From the human T2T-CHM13v2.0 reference genome, Homo sapiens, in the NCBI RefSeq assembly GCF_009914755.1, contig NC_060946.1: a stretch of DNA of 64,000 nt. One strand, given 5' to 3'. Below are positions 13,629 to 26,832 of this stretch, in pieces. A program made the translations under genes and the position numbers. Under the pieces are notes generated by a model. The model was not told where the DNA came from and did not search any database. It was given only the letters and a program-made list of their open reading frames with translations. Numbering within the stretch: position 1 is the first letter of the stretch; the number at the start of each line of letters is the position of its first letter.

Positions 13629-13949
13629 CAGCCCGTGATGTGTTTGTGACGGGTGTCGGTATCACCTTTTGAGCAGGTGTCTTGGCCAGGTCCCTGGCGT
13701 GAGTTGGTGGAGGAAGGGGGCGGCTCATCGCTGAGTGCCAGGCTGATGTGAACTTCCCGGGGCTCAGCATCTTTCTTGGAAAGCCTGCAGACAGGTGTGC
13801 AGGAGGAAGAGCCAGCAGGCCCAGCACGCCCCATTTAACCGCATCAGAGCCTGGCACGGCGGCCCGAGGCCTCTGCTGGGCTCCTCACGGTGCACGTCAG
13901 AAAGCCTATTGCCCTTCGTATTTCCTACAGATACTTTAACAGAACTTGG

Positions 13950-16900
13950 TCCATTTTCTTGGGGAAAATTTTAGATTTATGGAAAACTTGAAGGCAGTTC
14001 AGAACGTTCCCATATACTATGCACCTACTTTTCACCTAATAATTATTAATAGGACATTTTAACATTCATATACACGTTTGTTACAATTAAAGAACTGGCA
14101 TTGGCTTGTCATCTTCAGCTGAAGTTTTTATGGTATCCAGAATTCCTTAGTTTTGTCCTTTTTCTTTCTGAGATCCCATCCAGGATCCCACGTGGTATTA
14201 TTAGTTGTCACGTCTCCTAGGACCTCTCCTGGCCCTGACAGTTGCTCAGACTTTCCGTGTTGTTGATGACCCTGACAGTTTTGAGGAGCGAAGTTGGGTA
14301 TTTTACTAAATGACCTTCTTTTGGAATCTGATGCTTTCCCCATGATTAGACTCGGGCTGTGGGTGTTTGGGAAGAAGATGCCAAAGTGAAGTGCCCTTCT
14401 CATCACATCCTATCGGGGCATCCACTGTCATGAGTGTCACATACTTGGCCTTGAGCACCTGCCTGGGGTCGTGTGGGTCAGGTTCCTGCCCTGTGAGGTC
14501 GCTCTTTCTCCCATAGGGTGCTCCTTGGAAGAGCATCCCTAGGTGCAGCACTCACTTATGGAGTGGGGGAGGGACAGGCCGCCTCCATGAGGACACATCC
14601 ACTCTACTTGGATTCTTCAGCATCGGAGACATGCGTTTTCTCCCCATTTCGTAATCGGTTCAGTCACTCTCACTGTTTATCAGTGTGGACTGATAGATGT
14701 GTTTGTCCTTTAGGCTGCGATCCAGGGCTGCTTTATTTACCGGGTTGCCAGGTATGTTAGCTCTGGCCATGGGCGCTCCCCCTGGCACTCGTGGGCTCCG
14801 TTGGCACAGCCCATCAGTGACTGTGTGTTTTGAGCTGTTCTTCACTTCTTGGCACCACCAGTGACTCCTGGCTCATCTTGTCTAGCTCCTGTCCTAGTCT
14901 CAGAAACAGCCGTTACCCCAGGGAGTGTGGGTTTCTTTCATCACAGAGTACTATTAGAAACCTAGGTCTTGGCCGGGTGTGGTGGCTCACGCCTGTCATC
15001 GCAGCACTTTGGGAGGCAGAGGTGGGCGGATCACCTGAGATCAGGAGTTCAAGACCGGCCTGGCCAACGTGGCAAAACCCTGTCTCTACTAACAATACAA
15101 AAACAAACAAACAAAAAAACATCAGGGTGTGGTGGCGGGCACCTGTAATCCCAGCCACCTGAGAGGCTGAGGCAGGAGAATTGCTTGAACCCAGGAGGCA
15201 GAGGTAGTGGTGAGTCAAGATTGCTTCACTGCACTCCAGCCTGGGAAATAGAGTGAGACCCTGTCTTGAAAAAAAAAAAAGAGAGAGAGAGAGAAACAAA
15301 AACCTTGGTCTTGGTGTCCAGCATCCTTGTTGCTAATGGAGTGTCATTCATTGTTTCTCAGCCTTCTTGGCCGACAGAGGGAGGAGATGCATGAATGTGT
15401 ATGACCCACCAGTCTATTCACAGCCATGAATACACCGTGTGTAACCACCATATCTATGTTGAGGTTAAAGGGGAGTTCACTCGGGCGTCTCCAACTCTGA
15501 TCACCACCCCGTGGATTATTCTAGCCCCCTCCCGTTGCCTGTCGGTAAACTCCCACTGCAACAGTGAGGAACTGGCCCCCACTGGCCATGCAGCTCACTG
15601 TTCAGTTCAAGTATCCGCGTATAGCACTATCGCAATCATGAGTCTGTCCTACGGGAAGCACCTTTATCAACTCATGCACAGTGCTTACGATCAGGTCCTT
15701 TTGCTTTCAGTCTTACAGACCTCACCCCTTTCCAGAATCACACCGGGGAGCTCCTTTTCTCCCCAGCTCCCTCAGGGAGGTTATTTCACACATTTACAAC
15801 ACAGATGCTCCTAACGCCAGATAAAAGTCCTGCCTGGAATGCCCAACCTAGTAAATGATATTTTAGATTTGCATAGATTGAAGTTCACTCTTTAGTGGAA
15901 TTGTGGGGGTTTTGGCAAATGCATGACGCTGTGTGTTCACCATCACAGCATCCTACAGAATAGTTTCTCTGCCCTAAAAATACCCTGGGTCCAACTATTC
16001 ATTCCTCTTTCCCCGCCAGAAACCCCAGCAACCATTGATCCTTTGACTTTCTCTGTAGTTTTATCTTTTCCAGAGTGTCATGGAGTCGGATTCATAGTGC
16101 ATGCAGCCGTCTCAGACTGACCTTTTGCCCTCAGCAGTAAGCGTTTAAGGTTTCCATGTGTCTCTTGTGGCTTGGCAGCATCTTGTTATCCCCGAGTAAG
16201 ATTCCACTTATATGAACGTGACCACCTTTTGTTTATCCATTCACCTGTTGAAAAGTTTCTTGGTTGCTTCCAGTTTGGGGTGATTTTGAATAAGGCAGCT
16301 ATAAACATTCACACGCAGCTTTCTGTGTGGGCAGAAGTTTTCAAATCGATTGGCTAAGTACCTAGGAGTGTGATTTTGGGATCGTATGGTAAGAGTATGT
16401 TCTGCCTTGTAAGACGCTGCCAAGCTGTCTTCCAAAGTGGCTGCATTATATCGGACCCCCGCCGGCCGTGAAGGAGCGTTCCTGTTGTGCCATATCCTTG
16501 CCAGCATTAGGTATTTTTTGATTTTTGGAATTGAGCCATTCTGGGAGGTGTATGGCCGTTACCTCCTTATTTCAATTTGAAGTGTCCTGATGGCAGATGA
16601 TGTTGAGCAACTTTTCATATGCATATTTGCCATTTTTTTGGTGAAGTGTTCATTCAGATCCTTTGCCCATGTTTTAATTGGGTCGTCTGTGCTCGTATTG
16701 TTCAGCTTAAAGGTTTCCTTGTGTGCCCTCCAGATAACAATTCTTCATCGCATTTGTGTTTGCAAATAACATCTCTCTGTCTGCGGTTTGTCTTTTCATC
16801 CTCTTCACAGTGTCTTTGCAGAGCAGATGTTTGTAATGTTAGTAAAATCTAATTTATCAAATGGTTTTCTTTCATAGAGTATGCATTTGATGCTTATCTA

Positions 16901-17110
16901 AAAGCTCATCACCCAATTCAAGGCTCCATAGATTTTTCTCCTGTGTTTATTTCTACAAGTTTCATATTATTGTGTTTCGTCTTTAGGTCTCAGGTCCACT
17001 TTGAAGTGGTTTTTGTGAAAGTGTGAGGTTGGCGTTTAGATACCATTTTTCCTTTTTGCCTGTGGACCTTCCAGCTGCTCCAGCCCCGTGCTGAGACCTC
17101 CTGTCCTCCG
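13950..17110 (-). mobile_element. Old L1 (L1MC/L1MB-type) 3' UTR and ORF2 3' end, interrupted by an Alu
   Basis: gatcccatccaggatcccac..., aatagtttctctgccctaaaaa, tttatccattcacctgttgaa..ggttgcttccagtttgg, aagtacctaggagtgtgatt..ggatcgtatggtaagagtatg. Confidence 0.85.
14971..15299 (+). mobile_element. Full-length Alu (AluSx/Sz-like) with TSD
   Basis: ggccgggtgtggtggctcacgcctgt...; tail A(n)(GA)n; TSD aaacct(a/t)ggtctt at 14958-14970 and 15300-15312. Confidence 0.96.
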
Positions 17111-19758
17111 TGGGATTGCCGGTCTTGTGGGTTTGTGTGGGCTCCGTGGATGTTGGAAGGATGGCCGCGGGGCCCCTTTCCTTCACTGTGGCAGCAGCCC
17201 CTCCTGGTGATCCTGCAGCTTCCTCTGTTTCCTGTAATCTGCCGGGATACACACCAAGGCCAGAAGACATGATTTCCACTCGGCTTGGCATTGGCACCAC
17301 GTATGTGTGTCTAAAGAAGGTTAAGCAGAAGAAACCTGATAATAGTTGAATTTTTCTGGAAGTTCAGTCTTTTCTGTACCATCCTGGACCTCCCAAGTTG
17401 GCTCCTCCCAAGACAGGAAAGTCTGCAGTAAGAGTCTTGGTACAGTGAAGGATGTGTTGTCTCCGTCACTGTCCCCGGAGCCAGCACGTGCCCAGCAGCT
17501 GCAGGTCTGGGGGTGGCGGGGGAGGCAGCCCCACAGGCGCCGAGGATGGAGAAATGCGTCAGCACCCAGAGGGCGCCGCGTGCAGGCTGGGCCAGTGCCA
17601 GGGGTCGCGACAGCGCACGCAAAGAGTGCCTGTGATGCTGCTGGTGGTTTTTGTAAATTGTGACACAGCCCTGCCCCCCCAGGTAGTTCCATCCCGCTGT
17701 GCTTGGAGAGCAGGCAGCTGCAGAGAGGCTGAGCAGCTTTCTTAATGGGGGCGAGTAGCAGGATGGAAACTGCAGCCTCTGTCGTGGGAGGCCCACGCTG
17801 TTGGACCCAGCAGCCTCCTTTCTTGGCTCATCCAAAATGAGACACTCACACCCTAGGTGCAGCTGAGGCAGGACCCTCTGTGTCTGTCCCTGACCCACGC
17901 CTGGGCTGATGTGGAGGCTGCAGGGAGTAAGGGCCTCAGGGCCATGGCCAGGACGAGGGGGAGGGAGGCACAGGCCTGGCCTGGGCACTGAGGCTGCCCG
18001 TGGAGTCCGTGTTAGGCTGACCTCAGCAACACATGCCAGCAAGGACGGGGGGTTGCATATTCTCCAGATGCTCCCAGGTGACCCGGCAGGCAGGTGTGTG
18101 CACTTACCTTACTCCCACCATCCAGGCGGGGAAATGGAGGCTCAGTGTGGGGGAACCTTGCCCGGAGCGGAGGATGCGATCCTGGTCAGGCTGGGACCTG
18201 CTGTCTCTGCAAGCCAGGCTGGGGTGGGCACAGGACGTGACTCTGCCGGCTCTGTGAGGTCTGGCCTGAGGCTCTGGTGGGTCCTTGGGGTTGAGGTGGA
18301 CTTGGGAGGTGACGCAGCTGGCAGGAGGGCTGTTTCAGGGCATTTGGCAGCACAGGCTACCATGTTCCACTTCTCCACAGGCCCAGGCCAGGCGCGTGGG
18401 GACACGGGGAGGCTGGCTGCTGCCCCACGGGACCCAGCTTGTGGGGGTGTCAGAGGAGCCCCTGCCTTGGCACACCCTCCGTGCCAGTCCCAGCCCCTCC
18501 TGCTTCCTGGTCATCGCCCCCTTTGCCTCTGGAGTGTGGCCTTCTGCCCTCCCCTGCTGGGGTCCTGCAGGTTCCAGGCCCAGAAGATCTCTCCTGTTCA
18601 GATCATGTCGCCGATCACAGCTTCCTCTGCAGGTACCCAGGTGCCCTGTGCCTGGCTTTTCTCCCAGGTGGGATGCCAGGTCTGCTAAGGAGGGCATAGA
18701 CGGGTTTGCTCCCTGTGCAGCCCCAGGGGCCTTCGCCACCCCCTCCAGGAGAGGCGATGCTTGGACCTGGTGAGCTCCCAGATGTGCTGTTGAGCTGGAC
18801 GAGCTTGGAGAAGCAGAGCTGCCATGCTCTGTGTCCCTCTGGAGCCAGAGACAGGGCATGGCTGCCCCCGGGAGGATTTTAGGCCCCTTCGTAGGGTGTT
18901 TCTCCTTAAGACAAATAGCCACTGCTGCAAACAGCTCCGCGGCCACCAACAGTTATGGGAAGTATCAGACACATCGGCGTGTTTGCCAATCCTTACGTGT
19001 GCCAGCCTCCTGCAAGGTGGAAGGTGTCAAGTTAATTAGGAGATGGCACCTGGGGCTGTGGGTGGGGGCTGGGAGCTCAGGCGTGCAGTGTGACCAAGAA
19101 GTGCAGAGCCGGGCGCCGTTTCCCTTAGACCTGAGTAAAGAGGAGAGGAGTAAAGAGGAGTGTGAGGGCCACAGCACACTCGCGGCTGCCGGGCAGAGGG
19201 GAAGCCCTGGCCCCTCCGCAGGCCCTGCCGGCGGCCTCCTGAAGGAAGGGACCCACCGGACGGGTGCTCTGGGGCCCCAGCGGCTCCCCTCGAGGTGGAC
19301 TCCACTTCAGCAATGCTTGCTTGAGGGCTGGGCCTGCTGGGGTTCTCTGCTTCAGCCCCATCTAGGCCCTCCCACCCTCAGGGCCTGGCCCTGGGCTGAC
19401 TCTCCCCTGCTTGCTCAGCTCACACGCCCTCTCCCAGGCCTCCCATCCTCCGGCTCAGGAAGGACAGAGGCGGAACAACCCAGCGGCCCCTCCTCGTCCT
19501 GGCCTCGGCACCCCGGGGCTTTGGGAATGAGGCACTGTGGAGCACAGCTGAGCCCGTAGCTCTGCCTCCAGGCCCCCCTCCGGATGCCCCACAGTCCGCA
19601 GCTCCCTGGGCCCCAACCCTCGCTGCTGCTGGCTTTGCTAAGTCCACCTCCTTCCTGTGTCCCCTGTGCCTAGAAACGGTCTGAAAGGCACATGCATCCT
19701 CTTAAAATTGGGGTGGGCACATGTTTTAAATACTGGGGAGTCACAGGTTGGGTCACAC

Positions 19759-19980
19759 TGCATGGTCTCCACTAGAGATGGTTTTGCCCCTCAGGGGACA
19801 TTTGATGATGTCTGGGGACAGCTGTGGTTGTTCCAACGTGGGATGCATGGGACAGTCCCCAGCACAGAGACCCAACTCTATGTCCACATCACCACTGCAG
19901 GAAACCCTGGGATGCTTGGGACGGTCCCTAGCACAGAGTCCCAGCTCTGTGTCCACATCGCCTCTGCGGGAAACCCTGGA
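19759..19980 (+). mobile_element. MER20-like hAT element with a 69-bp tandem duplication of its right end
   Basis: ttttgcccctcaggggacatttgatgatgtctggggaca...; ggatgc(a/t)tgggac(a/g)gtccc..gcacagag...gaaaccctgg at 19841 and 19910. Confidence 0.65.
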
Positions 19981-20227
19981 TCACAGCCCCCTGGATGGGA
20001 GAGGGCAGATGCCACCCGGCAACGCCGAGTGTCCTCCCGGCAGAGGAGTGCGGGCACCTGGGAAATTGGAGCTGAGCTGGGGTCACGTGCTTTAAAACCT
20101 CTTGGGCTCCAGTGTTGGCTGGGGAGCCCCAGATGTCCAGGGATCCCTGGGTCACCCTGTAAGCTGCATAGAGAGCCAGCCCAGAGAAGCCAATCCCAGC
20201 CTGGGAGGAACTGACCTGACTGGGGTC

Positions 20228-20381
20228 GGGGCGGGGGACGAGCAGGTGGAGTGGGAGGCTGCGAATTCTAGATTCTCTAAATAGGGTGCTCTGCTTGCAG
20301 AACGGGGGCGGGGGATGAGCAGGTGGAGTGGGAGGCTGCAAATTCCAGATTCTCTAAATAGGGGGCTCTGCTTGCAGAACG
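20228..20381. repeat. Tandem duplication, 2 x 77 bp
   Basis: agcaggtggagtgggaggctgc..aatt..agattctctaaatagg..gctctgcttgcagaacg at 20241 and 20318. Confidence 0.9.
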
Positions 20382-21317
20382 CTGCTGGGCATCTCTGGTT
20401 GGAGGCGAGCTCGCTGAATGACGTGTCCCCTGTTTGCCCCAAGTTACTCCCTGACCCTGGCACTGACCAGCACATGATGCCTTGTGGGTGGGGTGGGGAA
20501 ATTCTGAGAGGGGCAGGCGCCCAGAGCTGGTGACAGGCACAGAGAAAAGGAGGCTTGCTCCACTGCTGCCTCGGCCCTGGCTTTGGGGCGTGCGTGGCCT
20601 TTATTCATTGCCTTTGTTGAGTCGTCAGCGGCGTGTGATGACCAGGTGTGCGCTGTTGTGTCCACAACTTTCCAGCCTCGCTCGGGCCCAGGGCAGGTGG
20701 CCACGCCTTCTTACTACACAGGTTCACGGGATAATTGGTGGGGCCAGGTGGACCCAGTGAGGCGCTAATGATGGAAGTCTGTGCAGTGAGTGCGGCTTCC
20801 AGAACAATGACAGCGTCCACGTCTTCACCGCCCTCCATCAGGGGCCGCCTAGAAGCCACACAGGCTGCAGGGCTGGCTACCGGGGCCCTGAATCACGGGG
20901 GCGATGAGCCCCAGGCTCCAGGCGCTGGGGAAGGAAGCTGGGCACTCGGCTGTGGGGCTTCTTTTGTTTCTACCTGAAACCAGCCAGCCAGGCCCCCCGA
21001 GGAAAAGCAAAGTGAGCCCAAATCTGCCCCCTATACCCAGATACCCAGTGTCCCAGGGGCACCTGCATGGGGGGAGCCCGGCGTGCGTGCTGGCTCTGGG
21101 ATGCAAGGCCCAGGGTCACCGAGGACAGGGGAACTCGGCGTGTCCTGCAGCCAGGGGCCGGCGCTCTGGGATGCAGCGTGGAGTCCCTGCAGGAACGTTC
21201 TGGAGGGGGTGTGGCTCCCCGCCCTGCCCTTTCTAAGGACGGACCTCCTGGGCCAGGCAGAGGCAGAGCTCCTTCGGCTCACCCACTCGGGACGGTCAGG
21301 GGACCGGGGCTGGGATG

Positions 21318-21336
21318 ACCTGCCATCTGCTGGGAG
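21318..21336 (-). promoter_or_regulatory. Candidate CTCF core site
   Basis: Minus strand CCAGCAGATGGCAG fits CCASYAGRKGGCRS. Confidence 0.4.
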
Positions 21337-22429
21337 AGGCAGGGGGCCCTTGGTGTGCTCCGGGGTCTTGGCCCCTCTGCCAGGCCAGGCCAGGGTGAAG
21401 TGGGCAACCTCAGGCTCCCCTGGCAGGAGCTGCAGCCCACCCAGGTGAGCGGTCCCTGGTGGGCAGCCCCACCCAGCCACATGCCTTCCATGAGGGCCAC
21501 GCTGGACACACGCCTGCCCGGCCTTTCCAGCAGGGACTGACGTAGACAGGCCTCTGCCTGGAAGGGTTCCCTTGGTGTCCTGGTGCCCCGGCACCGGTGC
21601 GGCCCATGCAGGCGCTGAGTGGCTCGCGTGGATATTCCCTGCCAGGCGGCAGCATCCTCACGACTGCTGTGAGTGTCCCCAGGTCTCCAGCTGTGCAGTG
21701 TGAGGGAGCTCTTGGACCAGAGCCCCTGCTGCCTCATTACCCAGATGCACAGCCCCGGCGTCACACCGGCCTCCCGAGCCCCGTGTTAACTGCAGAAGAA
21801 ATTAGCCAGACTCAGGCGCTGGGAGCAGGTAATTAGTTGCTCTTGCCCGACCACAGCTTCGTGGCTGGATCTCACGTTGAGAGGACTTAGGGGGAAATCT
21901 GACGCCCTCCAGGTTTCCTGACATTTGCTAGACATCGCGGAATGTAAAGGGTCTGCGTGGCCGTGTGGGAAGGACAGCAGGGGGCCTAGGGGGCAGCTGG
22001 GATGTGGCCTGGTCTAAAGGCAACTTCTCAGCTCCTGGCTGTGAACGGGCGATGGGACCCCTGAGCCCCAGCCCCTGTAAAATGCAGACATGCGTGCCCA
22101 CCTCCCAGGCAGTACGGGTGGCAGGGGTCCAGCCAGACACACGGCTCGGTACAGGGCCTGCAATCCTGTGTTCCTTCATCACGTTGTCACTGAGTGTCAC
22201 GTGAAAACCAGGAATCCACATTCTCCAGGGCCTAGGCCGGACGTGGTCTTCCTAAAGGTCATCTCCTACCTGGGAGTTGGGAGCGGCTGGGGTGCAGGTG
22301 TTTCCTGTGGGCCCAGGGAGACCCCACACATGCAGCTTCCCGGCCACCGTCCTCAACCCTTACCGCCACGGGCCCTGCCTGCCTCCCACCTACCATGGGC
22401 CTGCCTGGTGTGGGTTGAGGCTTTTCTGA

Positions 22430-22545
22430 TCCAGTCCAGAGACGGACGGGTGTTAATCCCGCGGGGTGATTTTACACAGTGAGAAACCCAGTCCAGAGGC
22501 AGATGGGTGTTAATCCCACAGGGCAGTCTTATAGAGTAAGAAACC
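22430..22545. repeat. Degenerate 2-copy ~57-bp duplication
   Basis: ccagtccagag(a/g)c(g/a)ga(c/t)gggtgttaatccc occurs twice. Confidence 0.7.
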
Positions 22546-23650
22546 AAGGCCACTGTCCTTGCTTTGCCCCGACCCCTTTGGTGCCAAGTTTTGGGGTGGG
22601 GTCCAGAGTTACACCCTGAGGTCCACCCTGAAGCCCACTGCGCTGCTGCCTGGCCAGGCTGGGACCTGGATCTCTGAGCTCGGTGCCTGCCACCCTTGCG
22701 GGGATACTAGGGTGAAACAAGACGCACAGAACGTGCCGGGCCCTGGAGAGGCTGTGAGCACCCTGGGTGTTGAAGGGTCCCCTTGGCTGGGGAAGCCCCC
22801 TCTGGAGGCCGTTCTCTGTGTTGGGCATTGAAGGGCCCTGGCCCTGGGAGGTTTTTCAGTCATGGATGCCTTGGGACCTGGCTGCGGAGGCCCTGACCCC
22901 TCCTGACGGGGGGCAGCAGAGGCTGGAGGCCTCCTCGTCATCCCTGCAGAGAGAATTGAAGGCTCCAGGGCGGAGTCTCTGCAGCCCCAGGCGGAGGCTG
23001 GGCTGGAGTGAGGTCACTGCTTGGCCTGCAGAGTTGGTGGCAGGCATAGACTACAACACTAGAGACCCCATGGGCCTGCAGCATCCTCAGTTCCACTAGA
23101 CGGCTGCAGGCGTGCACTTCCTGGGGCTGAGAATGGTGCTCACAGCCGTCCTCAGTCCTGGCCCCTGGCGCCCTGTGGGACAGGAGTTTGGCGAGGATGA
23201 GTGAGGGTGGGGCCAGGCCCCATGGAGGCAATTCCCAGGGGCTCCCAGGGGCTGGACCACAGGGTCTCCCAGCAGCCCGAAGAGCCAGGCCGCCCCCACT
23301 GGGCAGCAAGGAGGAGGCTGGGCCTCCTGGAGGACTCCAGAGCCGACCTGAACCCCACGACCTTTGCGGGGAATGAACCAGTGAAGGGATGAGGAGGGCA
23401 CGAATGTCATCTGCCCACCACGGCAGGGAGAGTGTTCCAGCATGGCTGTGGCCTGGGAGACTGGGCAGGTGGTCGTTGCACAGATATTCCTGAATGTTGG
23501 AGAGAGGGGGCCAGCGGGCAGGAGCATGGGTGTGTTTGTGGAATGTTCTTGAAACAATACAGCTTATCTTCAGCGGGGCTCACCACCCACGTGCAGGGGC
23601 TCTTCCCTCTTCCCCACCTCCCTCTCTCTCGAGCTCCCTGCTTTGCTCTG

Positions 23651-23651
<1 letters not shown>

Positions 23652-23718
<67 letters not shown>
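23652..23718. repeat. Compound microsatellite (TCTG)n(TC)n
   Basis: Directly visible; flanked on both sides by tgctttgctctgt. Confidence 0.97.
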
Positions 23719-23722
<4 letters not shown>

Positions 23723-24269
23723 TCTCCATGCTTTGCTCTGTATCTCTCTCTTTTCCCTCTCTCTGCATCTTTCTTGGTGCAAATTCCTCCTGAACGGAGC
23801 CAAGAAGGGAGGCTTCTCTAGGGAGGGATTGGTGGGGGCGGCTGGGGGTGGCAGTGGGTCCTGGTGCTTCTGTTGTCGTGACCATGTGAGTGCGTTTGTT
23901 TAAATGACTTGTGGAAAGTTACATATTAAGTCATCTTTAGTTAAAGTGAAGATGAGGATATGGGAGGAAGCCAGAACGTGGAAACGGTGAAATACTGAGA
24001 AATTGAATGTTCATTTATAGTGTTGATTTGATTTCTCAGGGATGTGTGTGCCACTGTGTTTATTTCTCACAATCGTGGGTGAGAAACAGCTCCCTAGGGC
24101 CTGGGCGAGGCCCCCACGCTTTCCAGGGGGCAGCTTGTCACTCAGAGGGCCTGGGGTCACAGGGCCTGTTGACGGTGCACTGCCCCCACTGCCCTCAGCT
24201 GCCCGGTGCACAGACTCAGCAGGCGAGAAGTCATGGCCAGAGGAGAGTCTCTGTCCCTTTCCTTGACGT

Positions 24270-24980
24270 TCACTCACTCGCTCACTCACTCACTCACTCA
24301 CTCACTCATTTATTCACTCACTTATTCAATCATTTACTCATTCACCCACTCATCACTCACCCATCACTCACTCATTGACTAACTCACTTATTCACTCATT
24401 CACTCACTTATTCAATCATTTACTCATTCACTCATCACTCACTCATCACTCATTCGTTAACTCACTTATTCACTCATTTATTCACTCACTTATTCAATCA
24501 TTCACTCATTCACCCACTCATCACTCATTCATTAACTCACTTATTCAGTCACGCACTCATTTATTCACTCATTCACTCCTTTACTCATTCACTCACTCAT
24601 TCATTAACTCATTTAGTCACTCACTCATTCACTCAATCACTCAATCACTCCTTGACTCCTTTACTCATTCACTCATTCACTTATTCACACATTCAGTCAT
24701 TCACTCAGTCATTCACTGATTTACTCAGTCACTGATTCACCCACTCAGTCACTGATTCACCCACTCACCCACTCATTGACACACTCGGTCATTTACTCAG
24801 TCATTCACTCACTCACTCACTCACTGAGTCACTCAGTCAATCACTCAGTCAGTCATTCATTCATTCACCCTCTCATTCATCTACTCATTCACTCTCTCAC
24901 TCATTCATTCACTCAGTCACTCAGCCACTCACTCATTTAGTCACTCACTCATTCACTGTCTCATGCACTCACGCAATCCT
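24270..24980. repeat. ~700-bp (TCAC/TCAT)n low-complexity tract
   Basis: cactcactcattcactcacttattcaatcatt units. Confidence 0.95.
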
Positions 24981-26697
24981 TCCTTCATCTGCCTTTTGCC
25001 AGTCATTCATGAAGTGCAGCCCTTGTTGGGCTTGGGGACAGGAAGGAGCCAGCCCATGGGGCATCTGGGAGGAGCTTGCTGCACTCTTTGGTTTGTGTCC
25101 ACACCAAAGAGGAAAAGCAAGTCTGGCCCAAAGCAGGGTCCCAGGGAGCCATTTTCCTGAGGTAGGGGGGATCCTCTGCCCTGGTCAGGGAGGTGCCCGG
25201 GCAGCAGCCCCTACTCCACCATCCTGCCCGGGCTGTTCTGGGCCTGGGGCCTGGGGACGGAGAACGCAGAGCACAGCCGGCCTTGTTCCCGTTGTGGCCT
25301 GTTGCATGCAAACAGAGCTCCGTCCACCTAGCACCAGCTGGGGCCAGAGAGCAGGGCCAGCCTGTCCCAAGCCAGCCAGGGCTGGGTCTGAGAGGTTGAC
25401 GTGTGCTCGGGCAGCACAGTGGGCAGGCGTAGCTGGTGGAGGGCACAGCTGCGAGAAGCAGAGGCCAGGGGCCTGGGGGCAGGCAGCCCCTGAGGCTGGT
25501 AGAGGCCTGGGAGGAGCTGGGGCTTCCCAGTCTTCTTCAGGGCAAGCACAGGCTGACCTCCAGCCACTCTGCCTTCCTGGCTGCCTCTAGCAACCGTCTC
25601 CCAGTCCCTACCCAGGGGGCCCAGAACCTTCCAGCAGCAGCTCCTCCTCCGTGAGGGTGTCTGTCTTCCCAGGCGTCACTGCGCAGCGCATTTCAGGGGC
25701 TCTTGAGCAGCCCCTGCGTGTCTGTCTGGAGCCCTCCATCCCAGCTAAGGGGGGCAGAGTCCCACCAGCACTCCCCCTTTCCTGGGCATTGCACCCATGC
25801 TCAGTCCTGGCCTGGTTCCTCCTGTGTCTGCAGGACATATTCCCAGGCCTCTGCAGGTGCAGCCTGGGGACCTGCGAGAGAAGGAAGGGGTTTCTGGGGG
25901 TGGCACTGGGCGTTTTTGATTCAGTGTCCCTGAGGAGCCAGTGCAGGGAGCTGAACCACAGACGCTCTGGCTTGGGTCCTGGGGGCTGAGCAGCCCCAGT
26001 CATTGTTGTAATCGCAGCCATTGTTGCTTTTTTATTTGTAGTGTCATCTTCTCCACCTGCTTCTGTCGGATTTCACAGGTGGCTCTTGGCACACTTGGCC
26101 CAGGCAGAGCTTGGGAGGAGCTGTGGGTCCGGGGCGCCTTCCTCCTCCCTCCCAGCCACCCACACACTTCCTGTGGGCCCTGCCCACGTTTGCAGGTGCA
26201 CAGGCAGTGGCCAGACGGCCAGGCCGCAGGCAGTTGCTCCCGGCAGTGGTGGGAGCCAGCTGAAGATTCCAGAAGGGCCATGGGAGGGGCTGGCCAGTGG
26301 GGACACAGGGAGGTGTTGCCGTCAGCTGGCCAGGTCGCTTCAGTTGATGTTTTCCTGAGATCGTTGACTTTGCTAGCAACACCAACATTATATTTCACAA
26401 CTATGTGAGTGAGGGCAGCCTGGGCCCGACGCTGGCTGTTCCGTGGGGGAACCGGGCTTCCATGATCTCCTCGCACACATATAATTGCTTCTGTTGAAGT
26501 CAGACTGTGATGGAGGAGTTGATTCTGGGATTTAATAACAAACTTGATTTCACTGTAACTTAAATATTGAGACTATGATACTCCATCAGATCTTAAAGAA
26601 TGCATTTTCTGTGTTTTTAATCCTCATACTAAGTGTCTGTACAATCAGCGATAAGACTAAACATTAGGCACTTAACTTATGAGTCAGAGCAGAGCTA

Positions 26698-26832
26698 CCT
26701 GTGTGGGTCGCTCCGAGTGGAGGTGAGGTCTTCTGTTGTGGGCCTGTGTGGATCGCTCCGAGTGGAGGTGAGGTCTTCTGTTGTGGGCCTGTGTGGATCG
26801 CTCCGAGTGGAGGTGAGGCCTTCTGTTGTGGG
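26698..26832. repeat. Minisatellite, 3 x 45 bp
   Basis: cctgtgtgg(g/a)tcgctccgagtggaggtgagg(t/c)cttctgttgtggg at 26698, 26743, 26788. Confidence 0.95.

Noticed and set aside
12617-13857. Overlapping long ORFs (405, 232, 221 aa) with peptide repeats
   Set aside because: The 39-bp unit is a multiple of 3 and stop-free in several frames; open on both strands, so no coding signal
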